From contig NW_020846609.1 of NCBI RefSeq assembly GCF_003704095.1, positions 1 through 64,000 of the forward strand: DNA of 64,000 bases. The letters run 5' to 3'. Positions 12,924 through 24,700 of this stretch are shown here, piece after piece; the stretch's first letter is position 1, and every line of letters starts with the position of its first letter. The stretch is from Pocillopora damicornis (lineage: Eukaryota). The notes beneath the pieces were generated by a model that saw only the letters and a program-made list of their open reading frames with translations, searched no databases and was not told where the DNA came from. The position numbers and the translations under genes are program-made.

Positions 12924-13749
12924 AACATTATTCGTAGCTTATTAAGCTAATAAACGTACACGAAAAGTTGTTTACTGCTCAAATGATAGGCGATATATTA
13001 ATGCGTGATTCATGATAAGCCAGCAAGCCTCCTCTCGTACCCCTCATCAGCGAACGGCACCAATAACCGTAGTTGAGTAACGAATGGATCTAGCCGAGTC
13101 TTAAGAGCGCAGTGATTGATCCATAACCAGCTGAGCTTATTACAGTTTTGGCAATACGATATGATTATGTGTACGAGTATTACTCATTTCTCCGGACAGG
13201 AATCCACATGTAGTCACCGGTGATTACCTCCCCCCTCCCCACTACTGATTCGATCAATCGATGGATCAACGCCGAAGTTATTCCTGGTGTTCCAGCTAGA
13301 GAAAACCCGTGTCAATATATCAGAAAATAAAAAATGAATCAAAGGAACTAAAGAAACCAAGTATTAATCAAATAAAAGGTATGTTAGGAATATCAAAATG
13401 CAAGAGGATATATTCTCTTGCGAAATAAAATATATATTTAAGTATCTAAATACTTTACCCACCTATACTGAGATCTACTAAAGCAAACGGTATGAAATGC
13501 TAAATACATATATCATTGAGTTATATCAATATATTGTTATCATATGCACCTTAATATTAAAATATGACAATTTAATCCCTATGAAAGACAAGTGTCTTTG
13601 CTAGTTTCCTGATGGTGGAGAGAGGCACCGTGAGATTCATGTAAAGTGTGTTTTCCGAGTGCCTGGTCAAGAGTTGTATTGGGTCTTTCTTATTCAAAGT
13701 ACCGCACGTTAAACTTTATGCAGCTGATAGCTCGAAAATGTTGAGCTTT

Positions 13750-13960
13750 GCACTCGGTCACTTCCCGGACATGTCAACTCGCCGACAGTCGTCTTTGGCC
13801 ACTTCGGTTTACTGACACTGTTCATACCTCAATTACAGTTTGGCGCAAAGAAGGTGTAAATATTTGGTGAAGTTGTCGGCGTGTTGACAAGTAGTGTCGG
13901 CAAGTTCACCAAAGGTGTCGGCGTCTTGACTAACGATGTCGATAAGTTGATTGTCATTTA
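13750..13960. repeat. Repeat with internal TGTCGGC...TTGAC subunits and an inverted copy
   Basis: Four ~21-bp tandem units (TGTCGGCGTGTTGAC, TGTCGGCAAGTTCAC, TGTCGGCGTCTTGAC, TGTCGATAAGTTGAT) and inverted GTCAACTCGCCGACA at ~13773. Confidence 0.55.
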
Positions 13961-15207
13961 AATAACGGTCCCTGTCTGGCTTGTGAGGGTCTGCGAATCA
14001 CATGTTTCCAGTTTGGTTCAGGCATTTAGTTTAGGGTGAGCGATAGCAGCGCAGAGCAAAATGAAGAAGGAGTTTTCGTATAGGTCGCGTTCCAAACCTC
14101 TTTCCAATTTTTTCTCGGAAGCCGTTCGGTACTAACAAAGCGCCTGGAAAAGATTTACCCGATTCTATCTTAGTGACATGATGAAATCTTTTGATCCCTC
14201 TTCGACAAGTTGCTGACCGAGGCCGTGATTTCAGATCAGGATGTTTTTATAAAACATTGTTAAATAAATCGCCATAATTTAGATCAATGTTGTTTTCGTG
14301 CGCTCTTACCAGTCATTAGTACCAACAGTTGAAACACGCTTTACCGGCGTAATAATCTACTAAAGTAGGAACTATACGGCCGAAGGAAATGAGAATAGTT
14401 GTTAAATTCCTGTAGCCTATAAAGATGTTTCAACGAAAGTAACGGAACAGTGACGAGAATGTCTAAGATAAGTTGAAGGCATGTTCACGCTAGAGCTGTG
14501 CTCTGAGAACGATGAAAAATGTCAAACAAGTGTCCACACATGACGAAGTAAACGCAATCAACTGTGAACTTACCCACAGGAATCACTGGATACCATTTTT
14601 GGACGGCACTCACAGCACATTCTAACATGTTCAATCATTCAGTCATTAAAACTGACATTCAGCAAAACAACCACATAGCTCCATTCCACAATGCATTAAC
14701 AAAGTTAGTAAACTTAAGCAAACGGCTTTCGTATCTTTACACATTGTTTTGCGAATTGTGTCTTCACACTTTCAAATTCTCTCTTTTCTTTTCGCTGTGA
14801 TTGCATGTTATTCGAATGTTATCGATCGCCAGTAATCGTGTCGCTTCTGTCCGTAGAATGCTGTGAGACTTTGGGATTTCCTTCGTATTGTGTTCAAAAT
14901 TTATGAGTTCCTTTGTGAAAGACTTAAGATCTCTTGAATATGTTTGACAAGACTTTATGAAGAGCGTAAATATTTGAATAACAATTCAGTTAGGAAGACA
15001 AAGAAGTTTGCTTCGCTTTATTGAAAGTATGAACTATCACTGCCTTTCATATATGCGCGCCTATTGCGAGCGCGTTCGAATTATGCTGTGTAATTGACGA
15101 AATTGCCCGCTTTACACCCTCTCGCCCCGACAAGGAAAGAAGGAAGTTGAACGGGCGGCCCTGAACCGTCTGAGAAACAGGTTACGCTCCAACATATTTG
15201 AATAAAT

Positions 15208-15358
15208 GTAATTTGGTATTATCAACTGAGTTGGAAACGTAAATTAGCCACCGCAAAGAGTTTCAAAGCTGACGTTTCGAGCGTTAGTCCTTCGTTCTTC
15301 GTAACTCTTTTGCGGTGGCCAATTTAAGTTATCAACTCAGTTGATAATATTAAATTAC
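15208..15358. repeat. Fold-back (inverted) copy of the Penelope-type repeat
   Basis: ~55-bp arms GTAATTTGGTATTATCAACTGAGTTG...CCACCGCAAAGAGTT / AACTCTTTTGCGGTGG...CAACTCAGTTGATAATATTAAATTAC around a truncated hammerhead. Confidence 0.75.
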
Positions 15359-16109
15359 CCTACCCTTAAACATCAATAGCGTTTGTAAAAGTGTAACATT
15401 AAGGAGAAGCTAAAGGAGACGCATTGAGGCGAGGCAAGGCGAGGCGAGAAAGACCTTTTTCCCCTCTTCTTAGTCCCCGCTAGTTTTTTCCTTCGCTCGT
15501 CTTCACAAACTGACTTGCTGGCAGGAACAGTTTAACCGGCCGCAAGCTCTTATTGAGCTGTGAAAACGTCGTGGATACATGGGTCGCACAATACTTCTGT
15601 CGACAAAGTACTAGACGCATGAGATCCTACTTTTATTGAAGAGTTCAGAATAAGTTTGTTCCATGTACATAATTACAAATCTTCTTACGAAGGAAAACCA
15701 TACAATATATATATATATATATAAATAACTGCTAGTCTCCACATGCTTGTTCAGTGTTCAGTTAAAGTACAATGAGCCATTATACTTTTGAGTTCAGATA
15801 TTAAAACGTCAGTTCTCTCAGTCATCTTTTTATATTCTCTTTATTTTAAATTTGAAGAATTTCATGGGCAAGTCAATAAAGATCTCGATAAAAACAAATC
15901 AATGATCGGATTGTCACACTCTCTCTTTTTTCAGTTCTTCACTCCTTGCAAGTTCCACACGTATCATGTCTGAACACTATAAGTCTTCTGTTTGAAAAAC
16001 TTTCTCTTTTACCTATCTATCTAATATAACCCTACCCTCCCACAAGTATATTTATTCCCACCTCAACAACCTTTTCCCTCCACCCTTCGGACAAGAAACA
16101 TCCGCTTGG

Positions 16110-19100
16110 CTAGTCCCAATGATATTGATTCTTTCCAAGCGAAGTTTGAAGCGTCTTCATCCCTTTATAAACTGATAAAGTATCTTTCACTGTGCCTCCA
16201 GTTCGAGCAGGTTTCGTTTTAACAGTTGTCACTACCTCTACTTCGCCACCACTCGCCGGTAGGACAGCGCTTGCGCTCTTGGGCCTAACTGCTGCTTTTG
16301 TCTTCTGCTTCTTGCGCTGTCGTTTCGCTTTCTCTTGCTGTCGTCGGACCATTGCGATTTGTTCTCCTTTTGCTTCCATTCGAGCTTCTAAGTTTTCAAG
16401 CTCTCTTCTGAGATCTTCTTGTATTCTTGGATCGTCGGATTCTTGTATTTGACGAGAAAGTTCTCGATGCTCGCTGCAAATGATACACAGCACATAAAAA
16501 AGGGATTAACTTTAGTTTGTCGAGCCTTTTTTTCCAGCGAGTTTCGCTTACAACTTGTATATTATAATTTGTATACCATAGACTTAAAAGCAATCCTTCC
16601 TCGTTTTTTGACTTTGAGCTCTCATAGCCTTGTGGACTTCCTCTTTATTCGATTTACCATTTTATTTATCTAGGGTTTCTTCGTTGAACAATAATTCAAA
16701 AAGTGCAAAACTGTGAACACAACACGAATTCGTCCTGGAGACGAGGCTGTAGTAGCCCTAATACCTTTAACGCGTCTCATATACTTTAATTTAAATGGCT
16801 CACATAAAGGACTAACTTAGGCGAAAATACTGATTAGTACGCACAAAGTGATGTGTCCAAACTCATCCTGTAGTCCAAGGAGAAGCCCCTCGAAAGCGTT
16901 ATCTGAATCACTGGCACTCGCTGAACCCGCACTTTGCGGGAGTCTTTTCGGAGCCCGTCGTGCAGCAGCGTGACACAGCGCTGGGTTATGGGCTTTCATT
17001 AAAGATAGCACAGTCTGTACATTAGCTCCAAGAGAGTGTGATTTTGTAGTCGACTATCACCAAAAAGAAAAAAAACCATAAAAGAGAAGATGAGAGAGAA
17101 AGAAATGTCACTCCGTTCGGTGTTATTATCCTTCCCATCCAAAGAACTAATTTCCACGCGACTTCTTCGAATTCCCACCATACTTGGATCTTAAAATGAT
17201 CACTACATCAATACCAAATAAGTGTGCTTTTACGAAATTGGGTGTAATTTTTAAAAGTCTTCTCGACCATTTAGATGCTACACTAGATCCAAGCATAACT
17301 TGGTAACTCGCATTTTCCCGCGCTTGAGCCGTAGCTTTAAGTTCTCATTGGTTCCTTGCTGATCTCTGTTCTGATTGGCTATTCTGATCACTTTGCTCCC
17401 CATTTTTTTGGTCTAACCTAAGTTTTAAAGGAATTCAACATTGTCACATACCTGGCCGACGACAAATGGAATATTTCCTAAATTTAAATGGTAGTGATCC
17501 GAAGGTTTAACAGGCTGATTTGATTTTCTTGGTTTAGGTCTTGGAGGCTGAAATGAATATAACAACACTCGTCTACTTTACACATAGAAAAAAAAATTAC
17601 AAGCTAAAATATGGAAAAAAAATTTTAACTATCACAAATAACGCAAGTGAGAGTTACCTTTCGCTTCTTTTTCTTTGGCTTTGTTCGTTGTGGCGAGGCC
17701 ATGTTCATAAGTATTCTGTTAGTTTCTGCGACTGATTCCAGCTGGAAGAGAAACAAGTTTGCTTTTAATTTTGTACAGTGTGCTTTCTTGTGTTAGCTTT
17801 CTCGTGATCAGCTATCTCCTTTTCGAAGTCGCTATTTCTTGACCTAAAATCGTAAAATAGTCCCCCGAAAAAAAAAAAAAAAGAGGTTTTGGTCGCCGGA
17901 AAAATGGGGAAGGTAGGAGATCGCCGTAAACAGATCGCCAAATTGGCGATTTTCTCTCCAAATTTAGTCACCGATTATTTTCATCTCACGTCTAACCATT
18001 AGGCTACAGCTCCTCCATGATATGTTTAATTTTAGCATGTTGCAACTATGATTAGAGCGCTTTTCGATTGTGTGTCGTAAATCCAAAACAAAAGTAACCG
18101 CACCGGCTAATCAGAAGAGAGGAGAAAATCTTTGAAAGCCAATGAGCGCTCAAAGTAAAACCGACCAAACTGCCTAAAGCGCGGGAAAACGCGGGTAACC
18201 AATTTAGTCGTGATTGGTTTTAGTTTTGCATCTGATTGGTTGAGATGGTGGCTTAAGTTTTCTAGACCAATCACAGAGCAAAGTTAAACAAAACTACTGC
18301 TAATCCAGATTACTTTCTGTATCAACACATTGCTATAATGATGATTACTAACAACCTCTGCGGTTTTATTCTCCACCAGTTTTCTTTGATGGACCTCCTC
18401 TCTTAGTTGTTCTTCCAATTCCCTAATTTTACTCTGCAAATGAGATAAAACCATAGGTCAGACTTCTATTGCAGTGATAACAAAGAAATTTAATTGCACA
18501 ACAATTTTTGAACATGGAACCATGTGAATTGTGCTGAGAAATGCAAGGGGAAATTAAAGGGAAATGGACAGTGAACACTCATAGAATATTCAGTCACAGC
18601 ATCTTTTTGTTACACAGCAACTGTATATGCACAAGATGAAACCCATTCTGCCAACTCTGGATTGCCTGTTTTGACCTTACAGAAAGACACAAGTGAGTCA
18701 AGTCAATGGGTATTCTTTTTCTTTAACTTCTCAACAACTTTGCACTCTTTAAAGAAAAAAGACTTATACAGTTTGGGTAAGAACAAGACATGTCTATAGA
18801 AAGTTGAAACAAAGAAAACCATAAAAGAAAACAACAAATTTCCTATAAAAATACTGCATGCAATCATCTCCTGAGCAAGAAACATGGCAGATGTCTCTAT
18901 ACAGGCTTCCAAAAGCTCACCTCAGCTATAGAATGTGATGCAGTTAACTTCATGTGCTCCCTTTCAAGCCCAGCTAGTTTCTCAAACTGTCCTCTCATAT
19001 CATCAGAAGTTTGCTGGGCAGCCTGTTTAGCAACCATTGCTGACCTTTGTAATGCCTGATCTCGGTCAGTTTCAGCAGTTTGAACCATCTTACGCATATA

Positions 19101-21417
19101 GTCTAACTGTTTCTCCAATAAATTACATCGAGCTTCTGCACCTTGAAGATCATCTTCTAACTCTAAAATATGTAGCAACAAACACATAAATGATTCAATT
19201 GAAGTACTGAAACAGAAGTTTTTATTTTTCTTAAAAATAATTTAATCAAGGCTTTTTGAAATTTATGAGGCAAATCTGTCCTGTACAATTGCTTCTGATG
19301 AGCAAATTTTCAACTACTCTGAATATTTGTGGCGTGAAACCTAGGGGGGCAAAGTTGATTTTTTTTTTCCTTCAAAATAATTCAATTTCCACACTTTCTT
19401 GTTCTGTAATTTCTAGTCATGAACTCTCATTTTTTCCTCATTGACTTATAGCCCCTGTGCCTTAAACTCTGGCCACACACATTAAAATGCCAAGAAAAAA
19501 ACCAGTCTGCAACTTTCAGTACAGACCTCAGGTATTGAGAGGTACAGATGCTGGGTGTTAAATAAAGCTGTAACCTACGTTTATTTTGCTTTGAAATAAC
19601 TCCTTGTGAAGACTCACGGACAGTGAGTTCTTTTTGCAGCACATCCTTGTAATGTCTTGATTCTGCAGCTAATTTCTTCAGATTATCTTCTGCATCTGCT
19701 CTCTCCAGCTCAAGTTTACGAATCTTTTCTTGCAGTCCCTTCAGGGCTGACACAACAGCTGTTTGAATAAAGTATGAAGTAAACAATTTATCAGCATTTA
19801 AAAAAAAGAAATAAATAAACATTAAAAGAAATAACTTGCTAATGACAATTTAACTCTTAACCATTTACTCCCAGATAAACATGTAAATTCTCTCTACAAT
19901 ATCCATACATTATCCAGCAAACAGGTAAGGAGATTACTCAAACTTAACCAGTAGAAGCTGGTATCTTGATCTAAGACCAAATTCTTGTAACTAATTAACT
20001 AGGAAATGTGTAGCAGCTAGGGGGAGAATTTAAAATCAGATCTTGGAATTTAAAGGGTTAAAGAGCATAAAAGGCTCTTGCAGTCAGCTTTACAGCTCAC
20101 AAATACTTGCATATGCAGAATGTGGCAAGAGAAGACTTGATAGCAGTTGTCTGTCAGCAAATCCTGAGCAGGTTTGTGGCTCTTGCTTTCAAGTCATGCT
20201 CTCTCTAGGACTGGGACTGCTTGTAGTCTGTCTACAACATATATTTCAAACAAATGTTGTACACTGTCTAAAATGACTAAAACAACACATTTAATTTACC
20301 TCTGCTATTAGTCTGAGGAACAGTTCCTCTTGGAGATGCTCTAAGATTGTCATGGAAGGAAGAAACTGATCCACTTGCCCCTGGAAATGATGATGTGGAG
20401 CGGATGCTTGCTCTGTGAGGGGAGTCAACCCCAAAGCCTCTGTAACTGTACCCAGACATATATGGAGGAGTTGACTAAAATGAAGAGAGAAAAAGAAATA
20501 AGAAAGTATGTGAAAACTTGTTTCCAATAAAAAATAAAGTTATCTCCAACTTGTGCTAACGTTTGGTGCAATATCGTGCCAATATTGTGTGAACAAGTTA
20601 AACTACTTCTCCCAAATATCACAGACAACTATTTTGTGCTGTGTACTTTGAAGGCAAAAGGTTTTAAACCCATTAATTTCTAATCTGATCTAATGTACTG
20701 AACAGTTTGCAATATAATTTTGCGCAATGAATTGGCAACCTTTTTTGTGATGAAATGCAAATGACTAAATCTTGAAACCTAGAGAAAAAACTTTTCTAAA
20801 TAACATATGATGTAGTTTTAGATGATTCCAGGTCAAAATAATGAAAAAATGGTTTTATTTGTAAGTATATTTGTTTGAAGATTATGATAGTGCTCCTTGA
20901 ACAAAGGGAAAAAAGAAATTAAACTTATTTAAAATCAATTCGATGGTAAATTCATTTTAAACAACAACACGATGTGCAACTTAACGTGATTATCCACTTA
21001 CGTGAAAGTGAGTATACCCAAAATTTATTAAAAATAGTAAGTCTTATTATCAACGCCATGCAGATAGCTAGCAGTTTCGAAAGATCAAAGGAAAATCGTG
21101 GAGGCAATTTCAAACTAAATCCTTGCGTTTGCGATGTCAAACTATGTAAAGTACGGTTGTCGATTAAAATTCTGCTCCACGCTCTCGTAATTTAGCACAA
21201 CGGACTAAAATAACTTTTTAATTTAGCCCATTGGAAATGGTCATAAATCGACAAGATCAGCTCCACCACAATTTCTTTTCAGCAACGGATGTAGTGAAAA
21301 TAAACAAACCAAGAGGAGTCAAAAGCCACATGCCGAGGATATGGAAGGACGCTGATCCCTCATGGTTAAATTCAGATTATTTTAAGAAAGTCTTACCGCG
21401 CCATCCCTGTAAGCCAT
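16110..21417 (-). CDS. CEP57: Centrosomal protein CEP57 (translokin)/CEP57L1-like, 9 coding exons, ~482 aa
   Basis: Exons 21397-21417, 20300-20474, 19579-19758, 18921-19162, 18356-18433, 17658-17741, 17452-17547, 16845-17053 and 16110-16473 join in phase (1449 nt). Centrosome-localisation motifs SALKGLQEKIRKLELER and AEARCNLLEKQLDYMRKMV, middle motif HYHLNLGNIPFVVGQSTTKSHSLGANVQ, and microtubule-binding motif LQDEFGHITFEHREL...MEAKGEQI. Confidence 0.9.
18055..18320. repeat. Dispersed CCAATCA/GCGCGGGAAA repeat family (other copies ~4440-4680, 17300-17400, 58620-58910)
   Basis: Shared blocks GCGCGGGAAAA, CTGATTGGTTGAGA(G/T)GTGGC and ACCAATCAC in several introns, in both orientations. Confidence 0.75.
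19861..20057. mobile_element. piggyBac-like MITE, same superfamily
   Basis: TTAA|CCATTTACTCCCAG ... TTGGAATTTAAAGGG|TTAA. Confidence 0.75.
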
Positions 21418-21736
21418 GCTTCCTCAAGTATGGAAGTATTTTCTAACTTGATCGTATCCAGAATATGGCGAAAATTGACGAAAACTAACTCATTTTGTTT
21501 GACACTTTTCACCGACTCAACGCCACTAGAGCGTCCGTTGTCTAAAACGACATACTGCTGTCCGTGTGATTTACTGTGGGCTCACACATAATATTTTTCA
21601 TAACCGTCAGGCCTGGATACTTAGTCAATGCGCCATGCTGGTTGTTCAGTATTAATCGTGAGGAAGTTCCATTATATAATGTTTGATGGAGATGGTCTGA
21701 AACATCCTGTGAATTAAAGTACCTGAAAATTAAAGA
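21418..21736. promoter_or_regulatory. Probable bidirectional promoter for CEP57-like / PITRM1
   Basis: Divergent start codons only 319 bp apart. Confidence 0.7.
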
Positions 21737-24700
21737 ATGTGGAGAGCTAACCGTCACCTCCTTCCCCCGCAATGGAATAAGTTATCACGGCAGTGCAAAT
21801 GGTAAGACAGATAGTTTTAACTATCGTATCTGTTAAAACATGCGTGCTGACTGCGCAATTTTTGATAAACATAAACTTCCCTCTTGCGTCACTTTTCTTA
21901 TGGATACACATTTACCTCTACAAATCTTTGAATTATCGTCCACGGAGTCATTCAAGCCTTAACTGACCTCTCAATCGGCTTTTTGCTCATGCTGTTTTAA
22001 CTGTGAATCAGCTGAACGTTAAGGAAAAATTTACTAAATTGGGCACAGATTTTTGTGCCCCTGCGCGCAAATTTACATCAATTTGTTATGTGATTATATG
22101 CCTATTCTCCCTATCGTTCTCCATACATTTCCTAAGGTGCTGACAAAGAGAATTTGGTTAACATTCAACAGCTTTAAATGGCGATCACATTCTTTATTCT
22201 CGTGACCAAAATACGTGATTCAGGGTAGATATTGTAGGGAGAAATTACATGCTTGTCACTCAAGGGGGGGTCAAAGGTTCAAATGTTTTCTAATTTTGTT
22301 GCAATAACAGGTCTGCTGTGAAGCGTGGTCTTTGTGCACTGAAAGAAGAGAGCAAGAAATGCAACTCTTTAGAGGCTGCAGGTAAGTTCTAGACCTGCTT
22401 GGAACACATGGTGATTTATAGTCCTGATGCAATATTATTGACTGAATTATTTCTTTGGACAGGTCAGCTGAAACCAGGTGACAGAATACATGGATATACA
22501 GTCAACAAGGTATTTTATGATTAACTAACATGGTCAAGTTCAGATGATACACACAATGGCCACAGTTTTCACGAAACTTTTCAAAAGTACAGTGATCAAT
22601 TAACTAGATAAGGTGCATTTTCAAACCTCATTACAAACCTATTGAGTTTGTAGTAATAGTAATTCCCATCACCACATCATTACTAATTCATACAATTTTG
22701 CATGGTAGTAGCATGTATATTTGGATGATTTTCTGCCATGTTGAAAAGGTGATTAAAATTGGGATCAAACTAAACCAAAGTGACATAGTCACAGGGAGTA
22801 AGAAAGTGTTGCTAATATATTGTGAAATGACATTTCATGAAATTGAATTGAAGAAAGGCTTCACACCTTTGTTGTTACTCAATAATTAGGCCCTAGTTTT
22901 TGGAAAGGAGGATAACACTGTCCACTGGAAAAATTGCTGTTTACTAGATAGTGCAGCACACCTTGCCCAAGATATGAATAGCCATTTATCCGTTAGCTGG
23001 CATTATCTGCCCTCTGAATAGCTGGGCTAAGTTAAATTATAAATTTTCTTATCTTTATTTTCTCAGGTTGTGCCAGTACCTGAGCTGTTCCTAGTGTCTG
23101 TCCAACTGACACACAATAACACAGGAGCCCAGCATTTACATATTGCTAGAGATGATGCCAATAATGTTTTTGGGTACAAATGATAATGACTTACTAACTA
23201 AACAGTATTTTTGAAGTGTCAGTTTTTTTTTTATGAGTTGGGTTACCATTGCTAACTTCCATGTGGGTTTGGTAACTTTGCTTAGCTTTTCACTTGATTA
23301 GCTCTTACCAACGTGTTCCCTTGTTGTCCTCTTTGCCCATTAATAAATAAATATTATTCCAACTTTGTGTAGTGTGGTGTAGGACAGTCTAGCCAAGCCA
23401 AGCCAAGCCAAGCCAAGCAAAGCTTAACATTTTACACCACAGTATTAAACAAGATAATGTAGAGACTTAATGCATGTGCCAAAAAGGATTAAATTGAAAT
23501 AAAGGTGCCTTCTGGGGACACATCTGAGAATAATATTCCTCTTCATTGCAGTGTTGCATTCAGAACTACTCCAATGGACAGCACAGGGGTTTCCCATATT
23601 CTGGAGCACACAGCTCTGTGTGGCTCACAGAGCTACCCAGTCAGGGATCCATTCTTCAAGATGCTTAACAGATCCCTCTCTACCTTCATGAATGCCTTCA
23701 CAGGTAACAGAGTGTTGTAGAGAAAATTCTAAGAGATCCCCTCAGGATCTTAATAAATTACAATCTCAATGGCTGTTGCTCTTATACCATGAGACCTTCT
23801 GATACTTTATAACAAGGTAGGCAACTTACTAGGTTGGTATGTGGCATATGGCCCACACACAGCTAGGCTTGGACTATGGTGTGGAGCTGATGAGAGATGA
23901 TAAATTTTGAGCCAAGTTATCATTTCAAATAAGATGTTATCACTGGGTTTTTTTGCTCAGGAGAAAAATGATAATTGTCAATTAACTCTAATGATTGGGT
24001 ACTTTTTTAACATTCTGTAATTATATGTTAAAGCTCTCATGTTAAAATGAATCAACTGATGAACAACATGAAAACCTCTAGCCAGAGATATGGAAGGATT
24101 TACAGGCATTTCTCTTCCCATAACCTTTGGAAAGCAATCAATTTATGATTATAAACTAAAGTTAGTACTATTATTTGGGAGTGCACTGCATATTTCTTCT
24201 GGACACCTAAGTTTCCAAAAGCCAGACATGTGCAAAATGCATCACAAAGTTAATCTCCTGATTGATATGTTTGGGGAATTTTGCTTCATCATTATAAACT
24301 TTAATTTTGCATGATAATACTCAACCTCTTAACTGCAATAATCATGCAAGGAGGAGTGGAAATAAATTATGTAATACTGTAAGTGTCCTGTTAAATCTTT
24401 TCTCTCCTTTTCAGCCAGTGACTTCACCATGTATCCTTTCTCAACTCAAAACCCAAAAGACTTTGAGAATTTGCTCTCTGTTTACCTGGATGCAGCCTTC
24501 TTTCCACAACTAAGAGAGCAAGATTTCAGGTCAGTTTGACAGAAATTAAAGAAATAATGTTACTTTAAATTTGTAATTCCATATCTATGATTTTAAGGCA
24601 GTGGTTAATTGTGGTGCACACACCACTCAACCTTATCCCAGTTCCATAGCATGAAACAATGAGAAGTAGCTACTCTCCCCTTGGGAGAATTCTTGTCCTT

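Noticed and set aside
13870-13960. Regularly spaced ~21-bp repeats resembling a CRISPR array (also 30490-30575)
   Set aside because: Degenerate units, spacers too short, no cas genes, eukaryotic context; best explained as transposon subterminal repeats.
14400-15000. Moderately complex intergenic sequence that might be a decayed gene or lncRNA
   Set aside because: No sustained ORF, splice chain or recognisable motif.
20107-20231. Exon-like segment (TAG acceptor, weak GT donor) on the minus strand in CEP57-like intron 2
   Set aside because: Stops in all three frames, and the flanking exons join in phase without it. A poison exon is possible but unsupported.
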